Part shown: piece after piece, positions 48,381 through 57,515 of the stretch
Layout of the letters: the number at the start of each line of letters is the position of its first letter
Position numbering within the stretch: position 1 is the stretch's first letter
Source of the DNA: a virus
DNA length: 64,000 nucleotides
Virus record (IMG/VR): IMGVR_UViG_3300021079_000001
Coordinates: 32,001 to 96,000 of that record
Direction: 5' to 3' (one strand)
Program-made: the position numbers and the translations under genes
Notes under the pieces: generated by a model
Seen by the model: the letters and a program-made list of their open reading frames with translations, nothing else
Told to the model about the DNA's origin: nothing
The model's database searches: none

Positions 48381-49834
48381 TACATTTCCAGTATTAGTTG
48401 GTTATCGGCTATCACTATTTCATTACCTTCTGCTATACAGGCTTCCAGATTTGTCTGTGCTACACTATTTCCACTGTATAACGGTACTGTATCTTCTGTT
48501 AGGAACCATGTATCAACATACACACACTTAGTACAACAATCTTTCTTCCAGTATATGTTATCCCCATAACTGCTGTCCATTTCTACTATCTCTCTGCTAT
48601 CTTCATGAGTTCTGTCACCATCATACAACTCTACTGACTCACTTTCCAGTATATACTCATCTGTCAGACTATCCAGAACGCAGTCATCTTGCCTATTGTA
48701 GTATGTACCATTAATGCACTCATAGTTATCCAGATCATCATCATGCACCCATCCATCTTGTGTCTTATTAGCATTGTTTTCATGACACCATTTGCCATTT
48801 TCCAATCTCTGAGCATCCCTTCTCCTGATATAATTGTCTGTATAGTCATCTAGCACTGCATTGTCACGATGAACATTACCATATCCTTCTATATACTCTG
48901 CATCCCCTTCATCTATATACTCCTCATTTTCCTCATCCCAACATTCATTATCGTGATTATCTTCTTGCTGCTCCCAACTTCCTGATGTACTTCTGAGCTC
49001 CTTGTCATTGTATCCACTATCATTAGATATCTTGCCAGTATCACTTAGATAACACAATGTATCTACATATGGATATTCATCGAACTCGTACTCATCCAGT
49101 TCTACTATCAGTGTTCTACTGCAGGATTCTCCATTTCTCACTATATGACCATCTACATCATTTGAATGTACTTTCTTGTACATCCAACCTTTCTCCTCTG
49201 CATAGTTCTCAAACATCTTCTGGTGAGCATCTGTAGCATACACCCTGTCCATGAACATTCCTTTGTTGGTATTCCATACAAGAGCTCTACCTACAGTATT
49301 GTTTTCACAGTCTATCATCACCAGCATAGATATCTTGTCTGGATTCTTTACGTATATATCCAGATATCTCTCACAATTTTCATACCTCATACAACTATCC
49401 CCCAGTTGTCCGAGAGTATATAGTTTGCTGTGATTTTCCTCATTATACCTGTATCTGATATCCTTTCCTGTCACTTTTATGAACTGTACCTGACAATCTT
49501 CATCATTGATCTTATCTGCTTTTATCAGATTACTGAACAATTCAAAGTCTGTATCTTTCAGCTCTAGTGTGTCTATATGTGTACTATCTATCAACTTTCT
49601 TGCTAACTTCCCTGCTCTTGATATCTGCCTGTTCTCTCTCTTCCAATCTCCATTGTCATTCACTGTATGCTCTTTACCTGCTGGAAGGAACGATATCATA
49701 TCTCCTCTACGTGCTATATAATTTGCAAACTCTGTAGTTGTGTATGTATCCTGCAGCAATATATTCGCTATCTTACTTTTGCTCCTATTTACCTCGAAGA
49801 ACCTCTTGAACGATTCTGCTATTATTAGTCCCAT
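48380..49834 (-). CDS. Phage protein of the type found near amidoligase/peptidase clusters, with acidic degenerate repeats
   Basis: SCMRY...GRALVW...FMDRVY...YPYVDT, followed by D/E-rich repeats; coupled to the M28 gene by TAATG. Confidence 0.6.
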   Translation of the reverse strand: MGLIIAESFKRFFEVNRSKSKIANILLQDTYTTTEFANYIARRGDMISFLPAGKEHTVNDNGDWKRENRQISRAGKLARKLIDSTHIDTLELKDTDFELFSNLIKADKINDEDCQVQFIKVTGKDIRYRYNEENHSKLYTLGQLGDSCMRYENCERYLDIYVKNPDKISMLVMIDCENNTVGRALVWNTNKGMFMDRVYATDAHQKMFENYAEEKGWMYKKVHSNDVDGHIVRNGESCSRTLIVELDEYEFDEYPYVDTLCYLSDTGKISNDSGYNDKELRSTSGSWEQQEDNHDNECWDEENEEYIDEGDAEYIEGYGNVHRDNAVLDDYTDNYIRRRDAQRLENGKWCHENNANKTQDGWVHDDDLDNYECINGTYYNRQDDCVLDSLTDEYILESESVELYDGDRTHEDSREIVEMDSSYGDNIYWKKDCCTKCVYVDTWFLTEDTVPLYSGNSVAQTNLEACIAEGNEIVIADNQLILEM

Positions 49835-49992
49835 ACTACTGTTATTTATTTAGTAACTCATCATCTGTAGGTTCATACACTTCCAGCTCTTCTTCATCGA
49901 ATTCTACCGGTATATCCACTATCTGATCATCCCATATCATTTCACCTTCCTTCACTATATCCTTGGTGGTAAGTTTCTTTTTGCTCATCTCT

Positions 49993-50343
49993 CTACAGAT
50001 TGTCTCGCCAACTTTTCAATGTTGTTTCTATTATTGTCCCTTTGATGATCATACCGGGAACTTCCGGAGAATCCCACTGCTGGTATACTACTATACTGCC
50101 ATCCTCTGCTATCTCTATCTGTGCTACTGTGTACTCATCTGGCCAGTGTATCTCATCCCATTCACGTTCTCCACTACGAAATTGCTCTATATCACTCTGC
50201 AGGTCATCGAGTATCTCTAGCTGTGCTGCTCTTTCACTCTCGAATACCTGTGGGAGTGTCTGTTCTCCTTCTACTGTTCTCCACACTAGTTCTGGTGAAC
50301 CTATCGTCTCCGAGAGCACTGCATATCCCTTTATTGTTTCCAT
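49993..50343 (-). CDS. Hypothetical acidic protein
   Basis: 116-aa ORF. Confidence 0.55.
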   Translation of the reverse strand: METIKGYAVLSETIGSPELVWRTVEGEQTLPQVFESERAAQLEILDDLQSDIEQFRSGEREWDEIHWPDEYTVAQIEIAEDGSIVVYQQWDSPEVPGMIIKGTIIETTLKSWRDNL

Positions 50344-50346
50344 ATG

Positions 50347-51171
50347 TTATCGTTTTTGTTGCCATGGTAATTCACCAATGGTCTGATTCTCATCTACTGT
50401 ACTCCAAGGTACTTTTTCATCCTTGTTTTCGTTCTTTTTTCTCACCCATCTAATCTCATTCTGATACCCACTACTATTGTTAGCTGCCAGTATTCTGTTA
50501 CAAAATGAGAACATTCCATCTGATTTCCAGGGCCTATTGTATTGTACAGCTGTCTGTGGATCTTCTACTTTCAGTACATGATGTAACATTGGTGCGATAT
50601 ACTTCTCCAGTTTACCAGCTTGTAATCCTATCAGTACAATAGGTAATCCTCTGTAGTACTGGTTGATTATTTCCTCTATAATGTACTTCCACATGGGTTC
50701 CCATAATTGTGCATGTATTTCCGGTTTCTGGGTTTCAACTGTCAAACTACTACCTATCAGTAATACATGTTCCTGAGTTAGCAGATAGCTGAGATCTAGT
50801 GATAGGTCATTATCTGGATCAAACCCATAGTCCTTCTCATACGCCTGGTACCAGTTGTATAGTACAGGTTGATCATACTTCACATTTGAACTGTCATATG
50901 GAATGCCATTGGCTATGATTTTCCCCTGTAATTTGTTTGCATATGGCCCACCTGTAATCACTATTGCTTTCAACTTGTTCCTGTTACAGAGGGCAAATGA
51001 TTTGAATAATTCGCTACTAGCTGGATAAACCTCTTTGTTAGCTGCAGTAGTTGCTTTCAATGTGCCTATTATAGAATCCCATGCTGTTGACTCAATAAAT
51101 GGAGCTATGAGTTCGAGCCAGGTACCAAATTGTGCTTGTAGTTTACCCCTGTTTGCATCTGTAATTGTCAT
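50347..51171 (-). CDS. Uracil-DNA glycosylase family-1-like protein, catalytically degenerate
   Basis: VYP...LFKSF...LKAIVITGGPY...ANGIPY...QEHVLLIGSSLTV...H...W...F..CN.IL...IRW match the UNG architecture, but the GQDPY and HPSP motifs are altered. Confidence 0.75.
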   Translation of the reverse strand: MTITDANRGKLQAQFGTWLELIAPFIESTAWDSIIGTLKATTAANKEVYPASSELFKSFALCNRNKLKAIVITGGPYANKLQGKIIANGIPYDSSNVKYDQPVLYNWYQAYEKDYGFDPDNDLSLDLSYLLTQEHVLLIGSSLTVETQKPEIHAQLWEPMWKYIIEEIINQYYRGLPIVLIGLQAGKLEKYIAPMLHHVLKVEDPQTAVQYNRPWKSDGMFSFCNRILAANNSSGYQNEIRWVRKKNENKDEKVPWSTVDENQTIGELPWQQKR

Positions 51172-51473
51172 AGCTCTTGTTCTTTTATTGCCTCTCTGTA
51201 TTCATTACACGCTGTAGATAGATGATATATTGACCACTCATCTGCACTGATAACAGCGTCATAGAGTTTCTTAGCTATATTCTTCCACTTATCTGCTTCA
51301 GGGTTCGATATCTTCCAACTTCCTATACATAGTACCATATTCTTCATCCATAGTCTTTCTGATGCATAACCTTGTCTGATATCATTTTCTATCTCTTCGG
51401 TATCTATAGTATCTCCGGTATGGTTGTCATACTCTACAGTATGTCCTAGTACTGTCATTGTTCCATTGCTCAT
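51168..51473 (-). CDS. Hypothetical protein
   Basis: Coupled ORF. Confidence 0.5.
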   Translation of the reverse strand: MSNGTMTVLGHTVEYDNHTGDTIDTEEIENDIRQGYASERLWMKNMVLCIGSWKISNPEADKWKNIAKKLYDAVISADEWSIYHLSTACNEYREAIKEQEL

Positions 51474-51497
51474 ATCTCTATTCCTTGTTACCTGTGA

Positions 51498-51701
51498 TCA
51501 ATTACCTGTGACAGTATATTCCTTGTCGAATCTCTGACATAGTTCTGTTTCTAGTTCCAGATTGTTCATTTCCTGGTATCCTACATGGCCCTGTATCAGT
51601 ATATCTACCAGATAGCATGGTTCTCCTCTCCCCTGTAGTTCTTGACGTATATCATCTATATCATCTTGTACTATCTTGTCTATTGCTTTCTTGCGTGTCA
51701 T
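51498..51701 (-). CDS. Hypothetical protein
   Basis: 67-aa ORF in the operon. Confidence 0.5.
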   Translation of the reverse strand: MTRKKAIDKIVQDDIDDIRQELQGRGEPCYLVDILIQGHVGYQEMNNLELETELCQRFDKEYTVTGN

Positions 51702-51705
51702 ACTA

Positions 51706-52023
51706 CTACTGTTTACCTGTGATCAATTTGATTGCCTGTACTACTATTGGATGTAACTTCTCTATATCACATGTCAGCAGTGTATTTTCTAGTTTGTCTC
51801 TGGTGCGTCTCAGTTCTTTTTTCCTCTCATCATCCCCTCCCAATATTGCTAGTGGGTCTTCTGATATCTCCATACGTATCTCGAACATTGCTCTTTTCAC
51901 TATGGGTATCAGCCACGTCCAGTCACTATCATATTCCATATCTGACAGTTGTTTGGGGCCATCTCGTAGTTCCATTTCCTCATATTTTTCATAGTACATC
52001 CAGTATCCATCTGGCTTCTTCAC
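51706..52023 (-). CDS. Hypothetical protein (Y.SDW.WL.P.V type); start uncertain
   Basis: MEYDSDWTWLIPIVK motif. Confidence 0.5.
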   Translation of the reverse strand: MKKPDGYWMYYEKYEEMELRDGPKQLSDMEYDSDWTWLIPIVKRAMFEIRMEISEDPLAILGGDDERKKELRRTRDKLENTLLTCDIEKLHPIVVQAIKLITGKQ

Positions 52024-52349
52024 ATTCTTCTCTGAACTCTGCTATCAGGTTGCTATCACCTTCTAGTACCTCTAACTCATATACAGTAATATATCCCATA
52101 ATTTGTTTGTTTGTATTGTTTTTCTATCTGCAGCATATAGCAGATATATCCAGTATACCACAGCAGCTAGTAATTTCCTCCAGTATACCATATAGCCTAT
52201 CCCATCATCAGCAATTTGATTGTCAACCTCCTACAGAATCTAACCAGTATTATCTGCTGATATGTATAGTTGTCTACTCATGTACCTGGATAATTCATTG
52301 TGTCTGCTTGTGTCTGCTTGTATCTGGATATATCTGTATATGAACTTGT

Positions 52350-53036
52350 CTAGTTCTTGCTGATTGTTGGTTTATATTTCCAGGTATACCCACCTGTACT
52401 TTTTATCTTTCCTTTACATGCATTACTTACTCCACTTCTATGCAATTTTAATTCACTACATGCGATAGCAGCACTTTCCCATTCTTTTATCTTTATACCG
52501 CCTATAGTCATCTGTATAACAGGTCGTATTAACCCTCGTTCTTGTTTTGTTCGATAACTCTTTTGATATTCTTCTTTAGTTCTTTTATAACCTTTTAAAC
52601 CTTGGGATATTCTATCTTTATGTTCTTGGGTTATAACTTGTAATTTTCTAGCTGCTCTTATTTTCTCTTTACTTTCTTTGGAATGTTCAGACACCCCATA
52701 TTCTCCGGTCCCTCTTAAATTGTACCCTATTTTATTATTATGAGTATTAAGTAACTTACACCAGTAATTTTCTCTAGCTTTTAATTCGCTTTTTGAACAG
52801 AGTTCTATTCTTTCAAACTTAAACATCTGTTCACCGTACAAATCCCATGCAGATTGTAGATGAGGGTTTCTATGATAACCATATCTCAACTTCTTCTTAT
52901 GGCTATCCCATCTTTTATTAAAGTGATTTGCATAACCTATATACACTTTATTATTCACTTTACAGGTTATACTATAGATACCGGTCTTATCAACATTCTT
53001 ACTAAAGAACTTTTCCTGTATATATACTTCTCTCAT
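52350..53036 (-). mobile_element. GIY-YIG homing endonuclease with NUMOD3/NUMOD1-type modules
   Basis: TGIYSITC...VYIGYA...RWDSH...ARENYW...GYN; HSKESKEKI; WESAAIAC...GGYTWKY. Likely start is ATG 53036, after the structured leader. Confidence 0.88.
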
Positions 53037-53039
53037 AAC

Positions 53040-53145
53040 AAAAATTTGGCCTGTAGAACTTTCACTGCGGTAACAGATCCAGCTCAACAGGCCATGAATT
53101 TCTTTGTATAGTTGTTACCGCAACTTATCTATACAAAGGTACTAA
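53040..53145 (-). ncRNA. Structured 5' leader (kissing-loop/pseudoknot) with TACCTTTG promoter
   Basis: Complementary pairs 53047-53060/53081-53094, 53066-53074/53114-53122 and 53102-53111/53129-53138. Confidence 0.6.
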
Positions 53146-53152
53146 CTTTTCC

Positions 53153-54286
53153 TTAGTTTTTACTAATTATCTTATCGAAACTTTTCATTTTCGGGAGAAT
53201 TTCAAATGCATCTGATTCTATCTCGAATTGCATATCAGGACTCATTTTCTGACTTTCACGGGTAATTGCATTATATACACCAAACGCACTATTATCCCCA
53301 TCTTTCAGAAAATAACGAAGTATATTCTGTCGATATTGCTCTGGTATATTTATTGCATTTGACACATTCTCGATAATAGCTACCTCATTTTCAATCAATA
53401 TATCTTTTGCCCTCTGTAGTTTTGTAGTAAGTTGCCCCAAATATTCTTTGCTCAGATAAAGTTTTACACTATCATGGATTTGTGACATTATTAATTCATA
53501 ATTCTTATTGATAGTATTACCAGACCATTCTACTATACCGTCATTCATTACTCCACCTAGATGGACTTTACGGAATCTAGCCATTCTATCGTGCATTCCA
53601 TTCTTACATTTCAGTATTTGAGCACGAGCTGATATTTCAAAACCTGAAAGACCCACCTCACTATTACTGATTACCAGTCCTGATATGATACCATTACCAG
53701 TAACTGCATTTGCTCTATCTGCCAGATATCCATCCAATAACTCCGTTGCTTCTATATGTATCTGTGGTGCCACTACGTGGAGATACATTCTCTTATCTGT
53801 AACTTCTGCTTTCACTATTTCCACGTCTATACCTGCATTCCTGATTGCTTCCAGTGCTGCTATCAGTACATCATAGTTGTCCAGTATATTGTATTTGTTA
53901 CTCAACATTGCTCTACATATGTTCTCTGTTCCCTCTTCTCCATAGTTGAATGTCCGTAACAAGTACTTGGTCTGTTCCTTCTTGCTCAACCACATATTGA
54001 TATTACTGGCCAGTAGTTCTGGGTATGTAGTTCTCAACTTTCTATAGTACGCTGCTGGTATTTCTAACTTCTGTCCTATCTGGTCATGTGCCAGGTCTGA
54101 TATACTATATTCACTATCCAATACATGTAGCAGACCACTAACTGCATCATATCGTATATGTCCAGATGGTACTACTAGATCTTGTTTCACTTTCTTTTGT
54201 TTCTCCAATACTTCTACCAGACCCTGCAATGGAGACCTGTCTTGTCTATCCAGTATTTCCTGTGCTCGTTCTATTGCTGTATTCAT
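53153..54286 (-). CDS. DUF932-like phage/plasmid protein
   Basis: AH.QI...L.IP..YY, RAMLSNKY..LDN, G..ISNSEVG......CKNG. Likely start is ATG 54286 after an A/C-rich leader. Confidence 0.75.
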   Translation of the reverse strand: MNTAIERAQEILDRQDRSPLQGLVEVLEKQKKVKQDLVVPSGHIRYDAVSGLLHVLDSEYSISDLAHDQIGQKLEIPAAYYRKLRTTYPELLASNINMWLSKKEQTKYLLRTFNYGEEGTENICRAMLSNKYNILDNYDVLIAALEAIRNAGIDVEIVKAEVTDKRMYLHVVAPQIHIEATELLDGYLADRANAVTGNGIISGLVISNSEVGLSGFEISARAQILKCKNGMHDRMARFRKVHLGGVMNDGIVEWSGNTINKNYELIMSQIHDSVKLYLSKEYLGQLTTKLQRAKDILIENEVAIIENVSNAINIPEQYRQNILRYFLKDGDNSAFGVYNAITRESQKMSPDMQFEIESDAFEILPKMKSFDKIISKN

Positions 54287-54311
54287 TGTTGTTCGCTTTG
54301 AGTATTGTGAC

Positions 54312-54434
54312 CTATTCTTGTTCATGGTGATTCTCTCTATATTGTTCTATAAACTCTTCCTTTGCTTGTTTCAGGCCATCTGCTATAACTTCTCTATACC
54401 AGGTACCTGATTTCTCTGCATGTTCTTGTGTCAT
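54312..54434 (-). pseudogene. Displaced 3' half of the 55200-55385 gene (40-aa ORF)
   Basis: MTQEHAEKSGTWYREVIADGLKQAKEEFIEQYRENHHEQE aligns with SEEQAKDSGGYWRVIEADDYKSAKDKFIEIYHENHIESE. Confidence 0.7.
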
Positions 54435-55057
54435 ATTTCATTGTCTTTTATGTGTTTCCAAGTTCTGTTATATAGTATACAATCCAATGTAGGTTTCTTT
54501 ATATTGTATACTTTCATTATTTCCATTCTATTTTTTCCTTCTTTGTGCATTTTTCTCATTCCTATTACATCACGATCTGTCCATATAGATGTAGCTGACT
54601 TTTCTCCTCTGGGTCTATTGCTATAGTTTCGAAATGGAAATGTCCTACAGGCATGCTGCATATTTTCAGAATGTGTACACCACTCCAGATTCTCTACACG
54701 ATTATTGTCTCTTACCTTATCTATGTGATTGATTTCTGGTTTGTTCTCCGGATTCGGTATAAATGCTATAGCAACAAGTCTATGTACTCTATAATTTGAC
54801 TGCTTATCGTTTTTCGTTAGTGGTAGATACTTATATCCATCTGCATCTATAAGACGTAATAATCTACCTTCTCTTATATGTATGAGAGGCTTGTCAGGAT
54901 TCCATCTATTTCGTCTTGTTACAGTTCTGGTTAGTGACCTAACTCTACCTTGATTGGATACTTCATAGAATTTCTCATATCCAGTTACCGGTTTCCATAT
55001 TTCAACAGCATCGGAGACTGTATTCATCTCTCCGTTTTCTATTCTGCAATTTTCCAT
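54431..55057 (-). mobile_element. NUMOD4-HNH homing endonuclease
   Basis: EIWKPVTGYEKFYEVSNQGRVRS; VHRLVAIAFIPN...INHIDKVRDNNRVENLEWCTHSENMQHA. Confidence 0.92.
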
Positions 55058-55059
55058 AA

Positions 55060-55195
55060 CGTAACATGCACTACATACACAGAAGGCTCATCACCGATAC
55101 CATAGAGGTATGATGCATCTGTGCTGTAGTGCGTATTGTTGAATGGTTATTGACTATGTACATGGTATTCGGTAATGAGCAGTACGAAGGTACGA
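55060..55195 (-). ncRNA. Structured 5' leader (pseudoknot) with TACCTTCG promoter
   Basis: Complementary pairs 55068-55083/55118-55132 and 55086-55103/55162-55180, interleaved. Confidence 0.6.
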
Positions 55196-55199
55196 AATT

Positions 55200-55385
55200 C
55201 TATTCAGATTCTATATGATTTTCATGGTAGATTTCTATGAATTTATCCTTTGCAGATTTGTAATCATCGGCTTCTATTACTCTCCAATATCCCCCAGAAT
55301 CTTTTGCTTGCTCTTCTGAATTGTAGGTCACAACTTTCCCCTGATATCTGTTGTAGCCTAATATGTAGTTCTTTGTTTCTTTCAT
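55200..55385 (-). CDS. Small hypothetical protein (homing endonuclease target gene)
   Basis: Follows the primase; its 3' half is duplicated at 54312-54434. Confidence 0.6.
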   Translation of the reverse strand: MKETKNYILGYNRYQGKVVTYNSEEQAKDSGGYWRVIEADDYKSAKDKFIEIYHENHIESE

Positions 55386-55392
55386 TGTGTAT

Positions 55393-56406
55393 CTATATTA
55401 TCTGTTTGTTCTTGAAGTGCTCTACGATCTGTTCCTTCATACCAGCTGCATACATCTCTGCCCAGTCCTTGTAGGGGCTGTAGTTGTCTGGTACATTCAC
55501 ATGTCTCATCCATGGGTGTTTCTCATTGACTCTTCTGGATGCCTGTTTCCCCGGACTATCACTATCATATGATATCCACACCTGTCTACCCTGTAGTATC
55601 TGTAGTAGATCATCTGTCCATGCACTAATGGATTCATTCTGCACTGATATGAGCCCTATAGTATCTGGTAGTATCTGCTCGAGAGTACATCTATCCTTGC
55701 GGCTTTTGCATACAACTACCTTCTCATGACCATTCAATCTGTCTAGCCCTTCTACAACTCGTGTACTGATATTACTTGCTGGCCATTTTTCTCCCTTTCC
55801 TCTCATTGGATAGTACAGCTTGAACTTATCCTCATCTGGTGTACTACCTGGATATCTATAGCAATAGCACAACTCTCCATCATATATAGGTTGCCGTACT
55901 CTATTCAGGTACCATTCTCGAACTGGATATATCTGTTCTCTATCCAGTTGCTCTCTATTGATACCAAACTGCTGCCAGTATCCGAGTGTTCTATCAGACC
56001 ACCTGACAGCAGTAACTTGTATCAGTGCAGCCTTTTTAACAGTGGGAACCCTATCAGAATTGCCTGGAATTACCCTTTTACCCATATCCTGTCCAGATAC
56101 ATCTATCAGGCCCATGTCAGTGGCTATACGAGTGAGAGTCTTGTCATAACTATCCCCATACATCTTCATCACCAGATGGAACACATTACCTCTCTCTTCT
56201 GTTGCAAAATCCTTCCACAATATTGTTCCATCTGATTCGAATATACTCCAACTACCTTCATGTTTATCTGTGCGAATAGGACTTTTCATTTTCCCATGTA
56301 GCACTATATCTGATACGTATTGGGTGTATATCTGCATGACCGATAATCTATCTAGTAACCACTCTGCTGTGATATTCACAACTTCTTTGCGTTTCACCAG
56401 ATTCAT
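55393..56406 (-). CDS. DNA primase (Toprim, crAss-like)
   Basis: SPIRTD...WKDFAT..RGN.F; KLYYP; CKSRKD; QNES; YDSDSPG; KDWAE. Confidence 0.85.
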   Translation of the reverse strand: MNLVKRKEVVNITAEWLLDRLSVMQIYTQYVSDIVLHGKMKSPIRTDKHEGSWSIFESDGTILWKDFATEERGNVFHLVMKMYGDSYDKTLTRIATDMGLIDVSGQDMGKRVIPGNSDRVPTVKKAALIQVTAVRWSDRTLGYWQQFGINREQLDREQIYPVREWYLNRVRQPIYDGELCYCYRYPGSTPDEDKFKLYYPMRGKGEKWPASNISTRVVEGLDRLNGHEKVVVCKSRKDRCTLEQILPDTIGLISVQNESISAWTDDLLQILQGRQVWISYDSDSPGKQASRRVNEKHPWMRHVNVPDNYSPYKDWAEMYAAGMKEQIVEHFKNKQII

Positions 56407-56429
56407 ATCATCAGTTTGTAACTTGTTAC

Positions 56430-56684
56430 CTATTCTTTTCTGCGAAATTCATCTATCAGTATCATATATGAGCTATACAGGTTGAACATCAGTGTACTCC
56501 ATCTGTCTCTGATCTCTTTCACTATTGTTCTCTCACCTGTTATTGGGTCTACTGCCCATCCAATCTGATATAGATCTTGCTCTGGTATTCCATTTGTTTC
56601 TTTCTTCCAATCCTCAGTAGCCAAACACTTCGCTAGTCCTTCACAATCAATTTCACTATATTCTACCTGTTGTCCGTTCTCCAT
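56430..56684 (-). CDS. Hypothetical protein
   Basis: ORF with A/C-rich leader. Confidence 0.5.
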   Translation of the reverse strand: MENGQQVEYSEIDCEGLAKCLATEDWKKETNGIPEQDLYQIGWAVDPITGERTIVKEIRDRWSTLMFNLYSSYMILIDEFRRKE

Positions 56685-56707
56685 TCTGTTGTATTTGTTG
56701 TTATCTA

Positions 56708-57394
56708 TTATAGTGCCTGTATTGACTGTATTGCTTCACCCTTGGCCGTATCTATAGCTTTCTGCATCTGGATCAGTATTTCCCTAGCACTCTTGCTAAG
56801 AGCCTCTGGTAGCTCTATATCTGCTATTGCATTATCTACATACTCTATCAGTGTTATTTTCTCTTTCATAGCTGCAACTAGATCCTTTGTATCTACCTTA
56901 CCTGTACTTCTCACTGTAGTAGTACGAGGTGTCCTGGATTTCTTTCCATCTGCTGATAGGGATAATGGTTTTGTTACCGAGTCTATCAGTTGTTGCCTTT
57001 CTGCTATCTGTGTTGTATCTTCTATCATATCTGTTTGTTTGTTGGTTATCTGTTCTGCTATGGTAGTGAGTGTATTAGCTACTTCATTCGGTGTCATTGT
57101 ATCCACACCTATCTGGACATTTGCTGCTATCTGGTCACCTTCTACTGGCGGATTCAATTGTATCCAGTTCTCTATTTGTTCTACTACATAGTCACTTTCA
57201 TCTAGGGTAACTCGTGGATCTTTGTCCAGTGTTTTCTGTATTGTATTTACATCTGCTCCACTATTCCATAATTTCACTATATCTGCTACTACTTCCTTGT
57301 TCAGGTCATCTATATAGAATACTACACTATCATCGCTAATTAGTGATACTGCCTGGTCACCATTCTCGGAAATATACTGCCATTGTTTGTTCAT
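56708..57394 (-). CDS. Hypothetical protein (likely start ATG 57394)
   Basis: ATG preceded by acaaacaaacaaatagaatagat; helical C-terminus. Confidence 0.55.
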   Translation of the reverse strand: MNKQWQYISENGDQAVSLISDDSVVFYIDDLNKEVVADIVKLWNSGADVNTIQKTLDKDPRVTLDESDYVVEQIENWIQLNPPVEGDQIAANVQIGVDTMTPNEVANTLTTIAEQITNKQTDMIEDTTQIAERQQLIDSVTKPLSLSADGKKSRTPRTTTVRSTGKVDTKDLVAAMKEKITLIEYVDNAIADIELPEALSKSAREILIQMQKAIDTAKGEAIQSIQAL

Positions 57395-57515
57395 ATCTAT
57401 TCTATTTGTTTGTTTGTCAGAGTATATGAGAGTAGTACTGCTCACAGATTCACAATCTATAGATTACTGCCCTGGATCTTGCAATACTACATCTCTTCTA
57501 CTCCTTGGTTGTGAA

